64,000 nt of DNA from NCBI RefSeq assembly GCF_036321535.1, contig NC_087438.1:1490001-1554000 (forward strand), in the 5' to 3' direction. A model generated the notes under the pieces. That model did not search any database. It saw nothing but the letters and a program-made list of their open reading frames with translations, and had not been told where the DNA came from. Below, piece after piece: positions 36,380 to 47,186 of this stretch. Numbering within the stretch: position 1 is the first letter of the stretch; the number at the start of each line of letters is the position of its first letter. The translations under genes and the position numbers were made by a program. Source of the stretch: Camelus dromedarius. Lineage: Eukaryota.

Positions 36380-37260
36380 CCCTGGAGTCAAGGACCCCTT
36401 ACTCATGGGGTCCTCTCAGTGGACCCATCATCTGGGTGCAGTGCGAGGACCCTCACTCACGGGTCCCCCGCCCATCGTCCACCATCACTGCCTGCTCGGC
36501 CGCCGCTCTGCTCCCTCTGGCCAGGTCACGGGAACGCCCAGCCTCGCTGTTTGGACTTCTTTCCCCATTAAACCTCATTCACCTGGTCTCAGGCTTGGCT
36601 TAAGTCCCATCCATTTGCTGACGACTCCACAGTTCCTATCTCAGCCCTGAAACTACCCCGGGGCTCAGGCCCCCGTAGCCCAATGTGTACACGAATCAGC
36701 GTCTAACAGGGTGCCTGATGTCACATGGCCAAACCAGCTCCCTCTTCTCCCCGAAACCTGCTCTCTCCACGTCTGCAGTAGGACAACTCGGCTGTCCGCT
36801 TGGGTAGAAGAGCGTTAGAGTCCTCTTGGACTTTCAGCCCAGCGGTGCGTCCTGTGGGTTCCATCTGCGAATGGTGGCCAGCTCCAGCCTGTCTCCTGCT
36901 CTGACATCCTTGCTCCGACCTGGGACAAGTACAGAAGGACTCACGCCCCCGTCCTTGCTCTGGGTGGCGCCCCTCAGGAGAAGCCAGAGCCGCCTCTGCA
37001 CAGCGTTAATCCGATGGAGTCCCTCTCAGTCCCAGAGCCTCAAAGACGTCCCGTTCGATTCGCGTCGGAGCCGGTTCCCCGGGGGCCCCTCCGCTCCTCA
37101 CTCTGAGCCTCTCGATGTCCTCACTCTGGCGAAGGCCAGCTCTCACGCCTCGTGTCTGCAGGTCCTGCTGGCGGCGACGTCCGCTGGCGTCTTCTCACCC
37201 CTGCGTCCCGGCGTCTTGGGGACACTCTTATTTTTACGTCTTATTTCACGGCTGTGTTGA
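36380..37260 (+). mobile_element. L2 LINE RT/3' region remnant
   Basis: tttgctgacgactcc (FADDS) followed by ctatctcagccctg, cacatggccaaacc, ccccgaaacctgctct and gagtcctctt typical of L2. Confidence 0.7.
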
Positions 37261-38969
37261 ATTGCAACCTCGGAAAGAGCGGATGAACCTGGACAAGGCG
37301 GTGCCTTTGGGGGAGGAATCTCGCACCTTTGAGAACGTTAACAGTGGCAGATAGTAAGCGAGTGACAGAGACGGCAACTAAAGCACGTTGATATCAGTAA
37401 AGTATCAGTGAGGAAAGACCTCAGGAAAACGTTTAATTTGACACTCGGGGGATTCTTCAGGAGTGTGGACCGCATGGACACGGGACGAAGGGTCGGGGGT
37501 CAGTGGGTGGAAGCTCGGGTCCTCTGTCTGTTCCCTGGCTCCCTGGCTGACGTGCCGAGGCCGGGCGTCCTGGAAGGTCTCGGGCATCCAGCCGTGTCTC
37601 CCCAGCCCCTCTTCTGCGTGACTGGCCCCAACCCCTGTGACCCACAGCTGTGTCCAGGGAATTCTGGTGCCCTTGCAAAGGCAAAAGATGGCCAAGTGCA
37701 GCTGCTCACAGGTGTCGCTCTGGTGAAAGGACGCGTGGCCCAGTGAGACCGGGCACGCCGTTGCTCCTTCATTGCTGGGAGCACATCAGAAGTCCTGAAA
37801 AAGCCTTTGTTGAAACAAAAGCAAACTGTTACCTTGTTTTCCTCAGTCTTCCCCCTGAGCCTTGAAATGGGCAAACGACCCTTTCTTTGAGGGGAGCGGT
37901 CAGCATCCTATAAAGTGCTGATGCCCTGCAGAACACGGCTTGGGAACGCTGCCCTAATGTTGCCAACATCACGGCCATCATGTCCATCACGTCCATCTCG
38001 TCCATCACAACGTGAAAGGACCACTGTCCATGTTCAGGCCAGAGGTCCAGGCAGGGGTGAACACCCCTCACCATCCTGAGCAGAGCCACGTTTCATCCTG
38101 TGAAGCGGCACCGAGGAGGGGGCCACCGCCCCTCGGCCACGTGGGCACTGAGCAGCCTTAAATGTCATTTTCTCTATCTGTGTACCTTCTGATGTGACCC
38201 AGTGGAATGACTCAAAATGGAAGGAAAAAAAAAAAAAACTGGCTCCCCTGCCCAGTGGGAAGTCACAGGGAGCTGCAAATTAATGTTAAATGTAGGGAGA
38301 CTGGCTCAACGGAAAACAGTCTGTAAAACGTGGTTCTGATTTAGCGCATTGCACTTTTCCAGGAGTACTAGAAACAGCAGCAAAGATCCTTGCTGGACGT
38401 TGAACAGCCCGTCCCTCTGCTCCCGCAGCTCGGGGTGGGGGTCTTGGCGAGTTTTCAGCTTTAGCTGAGGAGCCCGGCCCCCTGTTGTCTTCCCTCTTCC
38501 CGCAGGCAGGAAGCGGGGTGCCTCTACTCAGGGCAGAGCTTCCGAGTGTCAGTTGACACTGACAAGGAAGTGCCTGAAACCTTCTGTCTGTATCTGTGTC
38601 TGTCTGTCTGACACAGGTCCGTAGCAGGACATAAGTGCGCGTATGTAAGCAAAGGTTTAAGTGTGCTGAATGCTGAATTAAAATACTTCCTAGAGACGGG
38701 CCCTCTCATCCCCACCCCCACCTCCCCCAAACGCACGCGAGCGCACTCAAGGTGCTCCCCCTCCTCGCGTCTGCCCCGGCTCCCGCTTCCTGCCTCGAGA
38801 CCTCCTTGAGGGCCAGGTGGGTCTGTTCCGTGCTCCTCCTGGCGGCTTCCCGCAGCTCCGGGCCCCCTGGCCTGTGGTCCGCGGCCCTACCGGGCCGTGA
38901 CGGCCCGCCCTTCAGAGCCAGGGTCTGCGGGGCGGGAGGGGTCCCGGGAGCCGGCCGCCTGGGCCAGAA

Positions 38970-39100
38970 CCCCAGCTTCAGGGTTTGCTGGTTTGTTACC
39001 TTGACTGAGTCACTCGTTCCCTAAAACTCTCCGTTTCCTTCTCTGTTGCAGACGGTCACACAGACACCCAGGTGGGGAATTTGAGGGAACGGGGTGGGGA
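38970..39100 (+). mobile_element. MIR SINE fragment
   Basis: tgttaccttgactgagtcact...ctccgtttccttctctgt resembles MIR tgtgaccttgggcaagtcact...ctcagtttcctcatctgt. Confidence 0.55.
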
Positions 39101-40180
39101 ACACGTGTCCAGCAGGGGTGACGGGTCCGGCAAGTTGTCAGGAGTCCCTGGGTGTGGCCTCAGCCCCCGAGAAAGGACATTAACTGCCCTTCACAAAGCA
39201 TGTTTTCTGTTTGGTTGTTTTTAAAACACGTGGCTCCGGCCACTCTTGGCATCACCGAGGATCAGTCAAACTGGGCATCAAGACTCGTCAGAACCTCCAT
39301 CCACCGTCAGGCCTGTGGGCTCCCAGAGGCCCCCCGCCCTGTCCACCCAGGATGGGCTGCCCAGGCTGCGGGACCCTTCTCCAGAGCCACCCAGCTCTGA
39401 TGTCCAGGGTTTTCCCTCTGCCCAGAGCCTCGCCTGGTTCCCTCCCTGTGCTGCTGGACTGGGCGGTGGGATCCCGACACTGGGGGGACGGGAGGAGCTT
39501 CGACCTTGAGGACTTTCCTCCTTGGGCAGCTGCCCCCAGCAGCTGGAGATGGCCTCCGAGCACAGTGCCAGACGGGCCCCTATGAGACCTCATGTTGGCT
39601 GCACTGCAGTGTCTTCTCAGGGAAGGATTCAGGAAAACAGAGGAGCCTTTGATGGGACATAAAGCCCGGGACTGTGGGCAGAGCCTCGGGCTGTGCAGCG
39701 CGGGGGCCGAGCCAGGAGGGCCGACTCACGCAGCCCGGACTGAAAGGCCTGTCTTGACATTGCAGGCTGGAGGGAGGGAGGCGGGGGGGTCCGTGTGAAA
39801 GGAGCGGACGTGAGGTTGCATGAGAGCCGGGGGGACAGGCACCTTGCTGGAGAATTCCTGGCACGGCCGCGGGCACCGCCGTCGGTGGGAAGGTGCCTCC
39901 TGGCCGCCTCTGCCGGGTCAGGTGCAGCCGGCGTCCCTCTGCTGCGGGCCTGACTCTGTGAGCCCAGAGCCCACTGATGCCTGTGTCCCCACCAAACGGG
40001 CTGTGGTTTTCCCAGTGGACACAGACGATCTGACGCCCCCAAACACAGGTGTCCGTGGCAGGCTGAGTACCTGGGGGTACCTGGTGAACTCCCCTCCCAG
40101 CCTGGCGGGGTGGGTCATGCTGGACCGTGTTCATCTCCCTCTAGACACTGAAACTTCTGTATATGTACACGTGGGGCGGT

Positions 40181-40243
40181 GTATGTGTGTGTGTCTGTGT
40201 GTGTGTGGAGGTGTCTGTCTGTGTGTGTGTGTGTGGGGGGGTG
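40181..40243. repeat. Interrupted (TG)n microsatellite
   Basis: Direct reading of the sequence. Confidence 0.9.
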
Positions 40244-41502
40244 TTTAAACCAGCCTAGAAGTGAGTATGTCCCTGAAACCGTCCCACACTCAACCTGCTC
40301 AGGCTGAATCGGCCGTGCGGGCCTCAGCCATCACTCTGCAATCATGTCTTGCTCCTCGAAGCCTCAGAACCGAATGAGGACTTCAGAGCGCTGGCCCTGG
40401 ACTCTTAATAAGGTTTATATCCGCATTATACGGTCCGTGTGTAGCCTTTGCTAATAGACTGCTCTCCTTTCGGTATGAAGACCTCCAGGACCACATGTGT
40501 GGGCCCCTAACCGCTTCCAAGTTTCCACCTCTAATCTCGCTGGGATTACTTCCACTGGGGGGGTCTGAAGGCTCCGGATGAGGGCAGAAGGCAAAAGTCC
40601 TTCTAGGAGAGGAATCTCTCCGCGCCATGCTGTGTCCTCACTGCAGAGCACCCGGCCCCCCTCGGCCGGCCGGACTCCTCGTCCTCCAATGTCCGACGCA
40701 GCTCTCACCTCCCCTAGGAAACCAGCCACCTCGGAATGAACGGTTCTCTCTGCCGAGCCCCCGGAGCGGCGCTGCGTCTCTTCACAGCACGGTCCCTGAC
40801 GCGGGGCTGGTGCCGGCGGGGTCTCTGGGGGCCGCGCCCGCGGGGGCGGGACTCACTCGGCTTTGGCGCCTGCTCTGCATCCCCAGCCCGAGACAGAACA
40901 GCCGCGGGCGTGCAGACCCGGGACGCCCACTCTGGTGGCTCAGAATAATTTTTTTCTCACCCTCCAGCTTCTCGGGTGTTCTGGACTTGTGAGCACTTAG
41001 TCGAAAGTCCAGTCGAACTCAGAAACGACACTCACAATTTTAACAAAGAATTTAGTGTAGGAAGTTGCTTAAACTGGTACTGGAGAATCGGGAACCATAC
41101 GGATCCCTGAGGTGACAGGGTCTCAGTGCAAGCAGGCTGCACCCTCACACTGGGGCAGGATGGGGATGGGCTGAGAGCTTGGAGGACGGCCCCGCGGAGC
41201 TGGACCCAGACCCCCCGGAGGAAGTGGTGATGCCCGCCCAGGCTGGTGTCTGGACGGGAAGCCACTCTTGGGCATGCGGGAACATTAGAATCAGGACTCT
41301 GGGCCCAACCGAAGGCCACGTAGGGGAGGCGCCCTCCAGGGCAGCAGGGACACGGGAGGACCAAGGGCCTTCATCCTTCCGCCGCCCTGGGCTCCTCTCC
41401 GGCGGTGCCCCTGCTGGTGGAGCCTGATGGGCGAGCTGCCCGGGAGAGATGCTGTGGCAGGGCCAGCCCCGCGCAGCCTGGCCGAGTTCGTGCAGGAGGC
41501 GA

Positions 41503-41577
41503 GCTCGGGGCTGAGACAGGGTAACTGATAAGCGGCTCGGGGCTGAGACAGGGTAACTGATAAGCGGCTCGGGGCTG
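41503..41577. repeat. Perfect 32-bp tandem repeat, 2.3 copies
   Basis: Unit gctcggggctgagacagggtaactgataagcg at 41503 and 41535, partial at 41567. Confidence 0.97.
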
Positions 41578-44500
41578 GACGCGAGCAGAGCTGCAGACCT
41601 GCAGGCTGAGCTGCCTCCTCGGCTCGAGCACTAGGCGGCCGGCCATCTGCACGATGGGTGGCTTCAAGGGGCCTCCGGTCTGGAACGCTCGAACACCGGG
41701 GCTCGCCGTGCACTGGCTGACGACGGTCCCACTGGCCATGCCCGGCCACTCGGTTATCGGGAAGTGGGGGTCTGGCCAGATGATGTAGCACCAAATGCCA
41801 GCCAACAAGTTCTCCGCAGTTTTGCTTCGAGGGTGGCTGGAGACGGAGCACGTTACGTGAAGTCATTTCTCTGACACGTTGACCCCAAAGCCCGGACACC
41901 ATGTCGGAACAGGCACCCGAGTCTGACGTTTGTTCCTATCTGTGGGAAGCGATGAGAAGTGAAGCATCTGAAAAAAGAGATTCTTAAAAATTAAAATAAA
42001 GGCACACTTCGGTTTCACGATGTTCCTACTGGTCTTGCGCCTCCATTCCCGCTGGACGGCCTCCATGCAAGACCCTTCTGGTTCCCTGTGCTCAGGGCGA
42101 CTCACTCGAAGGTTTCTGGTGCGACTGTCCTTCCCGCGACGCCCGGACTGAGGAGGAAGATGGCGGTGGGCGGGCGCCGCGGGTGCTGCTGGCGCTGGCT
42201 GCACGGCTACCGACAACCACGCCAGGCCTTCCCCCATCGACTGCCTGGGAGACTAAAGGACAGAGTGACCTGATGTCCAGCTAATTCCTGATATATTACT
42301 TATTCCAATAAATCACGCTTTAGCCTCAAGCTGCTTAAAAGCCGCTGAGTTCCACGGAAAGGCGCTGAGTGGAAAGGAGGCTGCAAAGCGCCACGGGCAC
42401 AACCGGCCACCGTGCAGGCCTCGCCTCAGACCCACCTCCTGCCGCCCGTGGAGCAAAGCGGGCCGTGGGCCCCCAGCCCGCACGGTTGTCCCGAGGAGCG
42501 CGTGTCCCGCGTCGGAGGGGACCACGCCTGCGGTCCGTCCTTGTGACCGTGCCATGTGTTGTACCTGCGATGTCGTCACGAGAACACAGCCCTCCCGTCC
42601 CGGTGGGATCTAACCCAGGACGCGCGTGCCGGGGACTGGCCGTCGTTCACCTGGTCCCGCCCTGTGGCCTCGTGCGCCGTGCTCTGGGGGTGACCTCACT
42701 GGGGGTCGGAGGGGAGGAAGGGACACGAGGAGACCGGGGGACACAGAACAGGCATGTTCACTCATGTCCACAGAGCCGACGGGACGCTCAGGCCCAGCTT
42801 CTGTCTCCCGGCTTCTCCACGAGACCCCAGCTTGGAAAGAAACGGGAGGACAGAGGAGCCCAGGGAAGATGCTGTCCCAGACGTGGACCCCGCCTCACGG
42901 GCCGCGAAGCCCCTGAGCCACCCAGCCCATCCTCCCAGGAGGGGAGCTGCATGCAGACCCGCCACGCACCTGCACGCGGAGGAGGGGGGCAGAGGGTGGC
43001 TCTTGAAGCTGCTCCTGGGGGGAGTCCTAGGGACAGGAACCTGAGCCCGTCCCTCAATTCTGCAAATAAGCGAAGGGAAGTGAAGGTCTTTTGTTGTTTC
43101 CCTGTTAGAACTCGGTTTTCATCGTCGTCCTCTGAGCTGTGGAAACGGGAGCCATGGCTGGTCTCCCTCCGGGAAAGGGATACCAAGCACCGAGCTGGGA
43201 GCCTCGGCCGCCCTGCGGACGCACCCCCGTGCACACGCTTGAAGAAGGGGCGGGTCCAGGGCTCAGCTCGTCTTCCCATGGCCAGGCGAAGGGCTCGTGG
43301 GAGGGTGTTGGCGCCGGGAGGAGGCAGCATTGCCCTGGGCCAGCCCCCGGATGTGGACCATGGCCACTGAAGGGCTCCCCGTCACGGAGGACACAGAAGG
43401 CCTCTGATTACATGACACAATTTCTCACAAACGTGTCTGCACAGACAGGGGTGCCAGCTGCCATCCGACGTGATGACGACGGCCACGGCGGGGTCTTGGG
43501 GACGGCCGACAAGCACCCTGAGCCCGGCGTGGTGCTGACTGCCCAGCAGGTCTGCCCTGGGGGCCGCCCATCGGAAGGTCAAAGGGCAGGTGTAAACCTT
43601 ACCTCGAGTGGCTTGATTTCTGCTTCGTGCTGATCATGGCCACCCCCAGGCTCCTTCCTGTAGCCCTAAGCTCCAGGGCAAAGTGGAAGCAGCTGTGGCT
43701 CAAATGCTCGCTCAACAGGGAGCCTCCGGTCCAGCCGGGACCCAGAGGCCCCCCACGAGAACCCCAGTCAGCCGAGTCCCGGGGGGGGCAGATCAGGAGA
43801 CATGCCTGGACTCAGCCTCCACTCATCTTCTGGACCAGAAAATAGCTTTTTAAAAGTAAATGGGCCTTTGTGACCACACACAGCTCAGATTCCAAAACAT
43901 GCATGAAGTTAGTTACAAAGCAAAATTTACTGTGGGACTCTGGGCTGGAGGGGGCAGCCGGCGTGGAGGTTGCGAGCTTTGGCCCGCTGGCAGGCAGACG
44001 TGGGCCTCCTGGGAGTGGGCCACTTAAGTGTACCTGATTTGAGGGCTCTTGGCCCTCGTCTATGAAATAAAGATGAGAAGAGATCCTTCTTCAGTGCAAT
44101 GGTATATAAATTAATGTACTAGGAGTCAGGTATGGGGGGAAATGTCAAGAAATACGTTCGTGATATCACCAATTTCCATCCAATTAACTAAAACTCCGTC
44201 TCTAGATAGACTCAGCTAGACTTCAGGGGCCCAGCCTCTCTCACAAATGTTTCTCGTGAGTGACTTTTTCCTGTGTTTGTAAAGAAAGCACCGGCGTGCC
44301 CATCTCTGGAGCAGCAGCAGGCGTGGGAGGAGAGCAGGCTCTCTGTTCAGCAGGCCTGAGCCCCGCCCGGGGCAGATCCTTCAGGGAGCCCCCCGGCCCC
44401 CAGAGGCAGAGACTGTGCCCCTCTCCCCGCAAAAGCACGTGCCATCCGCGCTGTCCTCCCCAGCGCTGGTCTACCTCCCAGGAAGGCCGCTGCCCGTTCC

Positions 44501-45314
44501 CTGTTCAGCTGCGGCGGTGGGTGTTGTTCTTGGAAAACCTGTTACGCACAGTTATACGGTTTGGGGCCACATAAGCCGGGGCTGGGGACCAGCTCCAGCT
44601 GGGCTCCATCCTCAGCTCCTTGCAGTGTGGCCTCAGCATGGACGGCGTGGCCTGCCCTCCCAGGGTCCCTGCCCTCCTGTCCCCACAGTCCTTTCATGTG
44701 CTGCCTTTGTGTCTCCGGATTCTGACAGTTTCCCGTGTCTGCCTGCCTCCCTAGGGAGCAGCCTGAGCCTGGAGAGCCAGGTCAGCACGGCGCTCCCGGT
44801 GCTTCCGGCACCAAGCCCCCTGCTCGCCCGGTGTCAGGCAGCAGTGGGCCAAGGGGGTGACGGGCCAGTGGGCCACGTCTTGAACGGTCTGACTCTGTAA
44901 GACCAGCAGAGACTCTCGGCTAGGGACACAGTGACCCCTGAGAAACATGGCATTCGGGATAAAAAGCTCTGTCACGTAACCCCAGGTGACCCCTCACCGC
45001 CAGTCCGAGTCTCTGCGTGTCTGGAGGGGACCCCCAGCCACCTTGGCAGGGAGAGGGCAGCAGAGGCACAGAGCAGGGTGGACCCGGCCCAGCGATGGGA
45101 AGGGGGGCTTTCAGACGCCCAGCTCTCTCTGAGACACACGACTTCTCTGTCCGCCCACTGAGGACAGCTGTCCTCACGGAAGCCGTCCTCATCAAAGCGC
45201 TGCCTCAGCTCCTGGCCGGAGGGCACAGAGCAGGGGGGACCCAGGCCCAGCGATGGAAGGGGGGTCCTCCGCACGGGAGGCAGGTTCTGGCTGCCCCACT
45301 GTCATCAAGGGTGA

Positions 45315-45440
45315 TTTTTTTTAATTGTTAATTTTTATTGAAATACAGTTGGTTTACAATGTCAGTTTCAGTTGTACAACAAAGCGATTCAGTTGTACAT
45401 ACACATACACACGTGTATATATTCTTCAGATTCTTTTGAG
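45315..45440 (-). mobile_element. L1 3'-terminal fragment
   Basis: tttttattgaaatacagttggtttacaatgtcagtttcagttgtacaacaaagcgattcagt is an antisense L1 3'UTR end with T-tail. Confidence 0.85.
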
Positions 45441-45630
45441 ACTGTTTCTTAGCATCAAAGGGGAAAAGCCACGTTCATCAACATAACCAGATGCTCATTT
45501 GATGGTAAACTTAGCCGACTGCCTTACCACTCCTATCTGCATATCTGTATACTTCCGTGTATGTGTCTTAAGGGAAGATGATGGTGACTCCCCCCACCCC
45601 GGGACAGTGGAACCCTCTCGACGCCGTCCC

Positions 45631-45761
45631 GCAGCCTCGGTGTCCCCTGCGGCCTTGGTGTCCCCTGCAGCCTCGGTGTCCCCTGCGGCCTCAGTGTCCC
45701 CTGCAGCCTCAGTGTCCCCTGCGGCCTCGGTGTCCCCTGCGGCCTCGGTGTCCCCTGCGGC
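45631..45761. repeat. 18-bp GC-rich minisatellite, 7 full copies
   Basis: Unit gcRgcctcRgtgtcccct from 45631 to 45756 plus a partial unit. Confidence 0.98.
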
Positions 45762-47054
45762 GGCGCCTCCTTGCCCGGCACTTTGCACGGCGTCTAACGA
45801 CATGGCCGCTATGAAACAAGAAGGAAAGAACATGCTTGGGGAACAAAGGAGGCATCACTCCACCCCATTCTCCTTTCTCCCGACACTCTCAAAGGCAGCA
45901 GACACCTCTGCAGACTGGAGCTGAAAGGCAGCGCCAGCCGCCGCTTGCCCCTGCGGGGCGCGTCCCGCAAAGGCGCTGGCAGTCTTCCCGTCCTGGGCTC
46001 CCCGCTCCTCTCCCCTTCTGATGTCTTTCCAGGTTGGAGCTCCTGCCTAGATGAAACAGATGACTTTCTGGGCCCGCTTCTGCTCACAGCAGGCAGGAGC
46101 AACAGTGACTGATTGGTTGAAACATGAGGATTAATGGGTATTTATATTTCATTAAATTTTATGCTCACTGGAGAATAATGTATCACTCGCAGATATTGAA
46201 ACATATGTCAACCCTATCCACTTACATATAATTCAATTTGACTTAAATGCATTGATCAAATTTTATTAAAGTCCAATACATCTTCCAAAAAGGCCTGGTC
46301 GCAGAGGACTGTCCCTTCAGAGTCACCTGACGGAAGGGACCGATCGTGTTATAACCTGATTTATACTATTTTTCGGGAAAAGAGAAACGATTGTGGATGA
46401 AAGTCTCGTTGTAAGGTGACCAAGGGCCATGTGGAAGACTTGCGAGTGAGATTATCAGGCACATTTAAAGCCAGGCCTTGCGAACGTGACCCTGGAGGGA
46501 GTGACATTGCTGTGATAGTCCCGGAACACGTCGCAGAGATGCCCTCTGGAATCTGCACCCAAGACTCCTCCCTCTGAGAGCCCAGGACCTGGGAGGGCGC
46601 TGTCCCGCGTGGGGCTCCCTCCTCTGTCCTCCACCCACGTCCTCTCCACTCTTGTCTCCCCACTCCTCTGTCCCTCCCGCTTCGACGTAAGGACGGGTCT
46701 ACGTACAAACAAAAAGAAGCTTGAATACATGTAAGCACTCAACACGGGCTTTACCAGGAGTTGTAACACTTTGCTCTTCATATTAAAATTCTATCTGAAA
46801 TGTTTCTACATGCTCCCAACATGATCACAGTGTATTATGAGCAGAAGGTGATGATTTAAGTATAGAAAGAAAGAATGTCCAGTAGGATACGGGTTTCACG
46901 TGCAGCCTAACTTGTGGGATTCCTAACACAATCAACAGAACAGGAGTTGCCTCCATTCAAGGGGTGTCTTGATAGACACGCACCCCAACTTTCCAGCTGG
47001 TTTGCACAAGAACTTAAAGCAAACTCTTCCTGACTCAAGAATCTGGACTGTGGT

Positions 47055-47186
47055 GGGGAGGGTATAGGTCGGTGGAAGAGTGTGTTCTTAGCAGGCACGA
47101 GGTCCTGGGTTCAATCCCCAGCACCTCCACTAAGAAATAAATAAATAATCATAGTTACCCCCTCAAAATAAATAAAATTTAAAAAA
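47055..47186 (+). mobile_element. tRNA-derived SINE (camelid Vic-1 type)
   Basis: ggggagggtataggtcggtggaagag...ggtcctgggttcaatcccc, AT-rich tail; TSD aagaatctggactgtgg (47037-47053) / aagaatttggaccttgg (47187-47203), 14/17 identical. Confidence 0.92.

Noticed and set aside
39025..39075. Micro-exon (pyrimidine tract-CAG ... CAG|GTGGGG)
   Set aside because: The pyrimidine tract lies within a MIR relic and the donor is weak
41179..41427. ORF starting MEDGP, like the PDE10A2 N-terminus
   Set aside because: Start codon is TTG and similarity ends after five residues
42369..43370. Longest ORF (333 aa) as a protein-coding gene
   Set aside because: Non-ATG start, R/G/P/A-rich composition expected from GC-rich non-coding DNA, overlapping ORFs on both strands, no recognisable domain
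45631..45761. CRISPR-like array
   Set aside because: Head-to-tail units without spacers, in mammalian DNA
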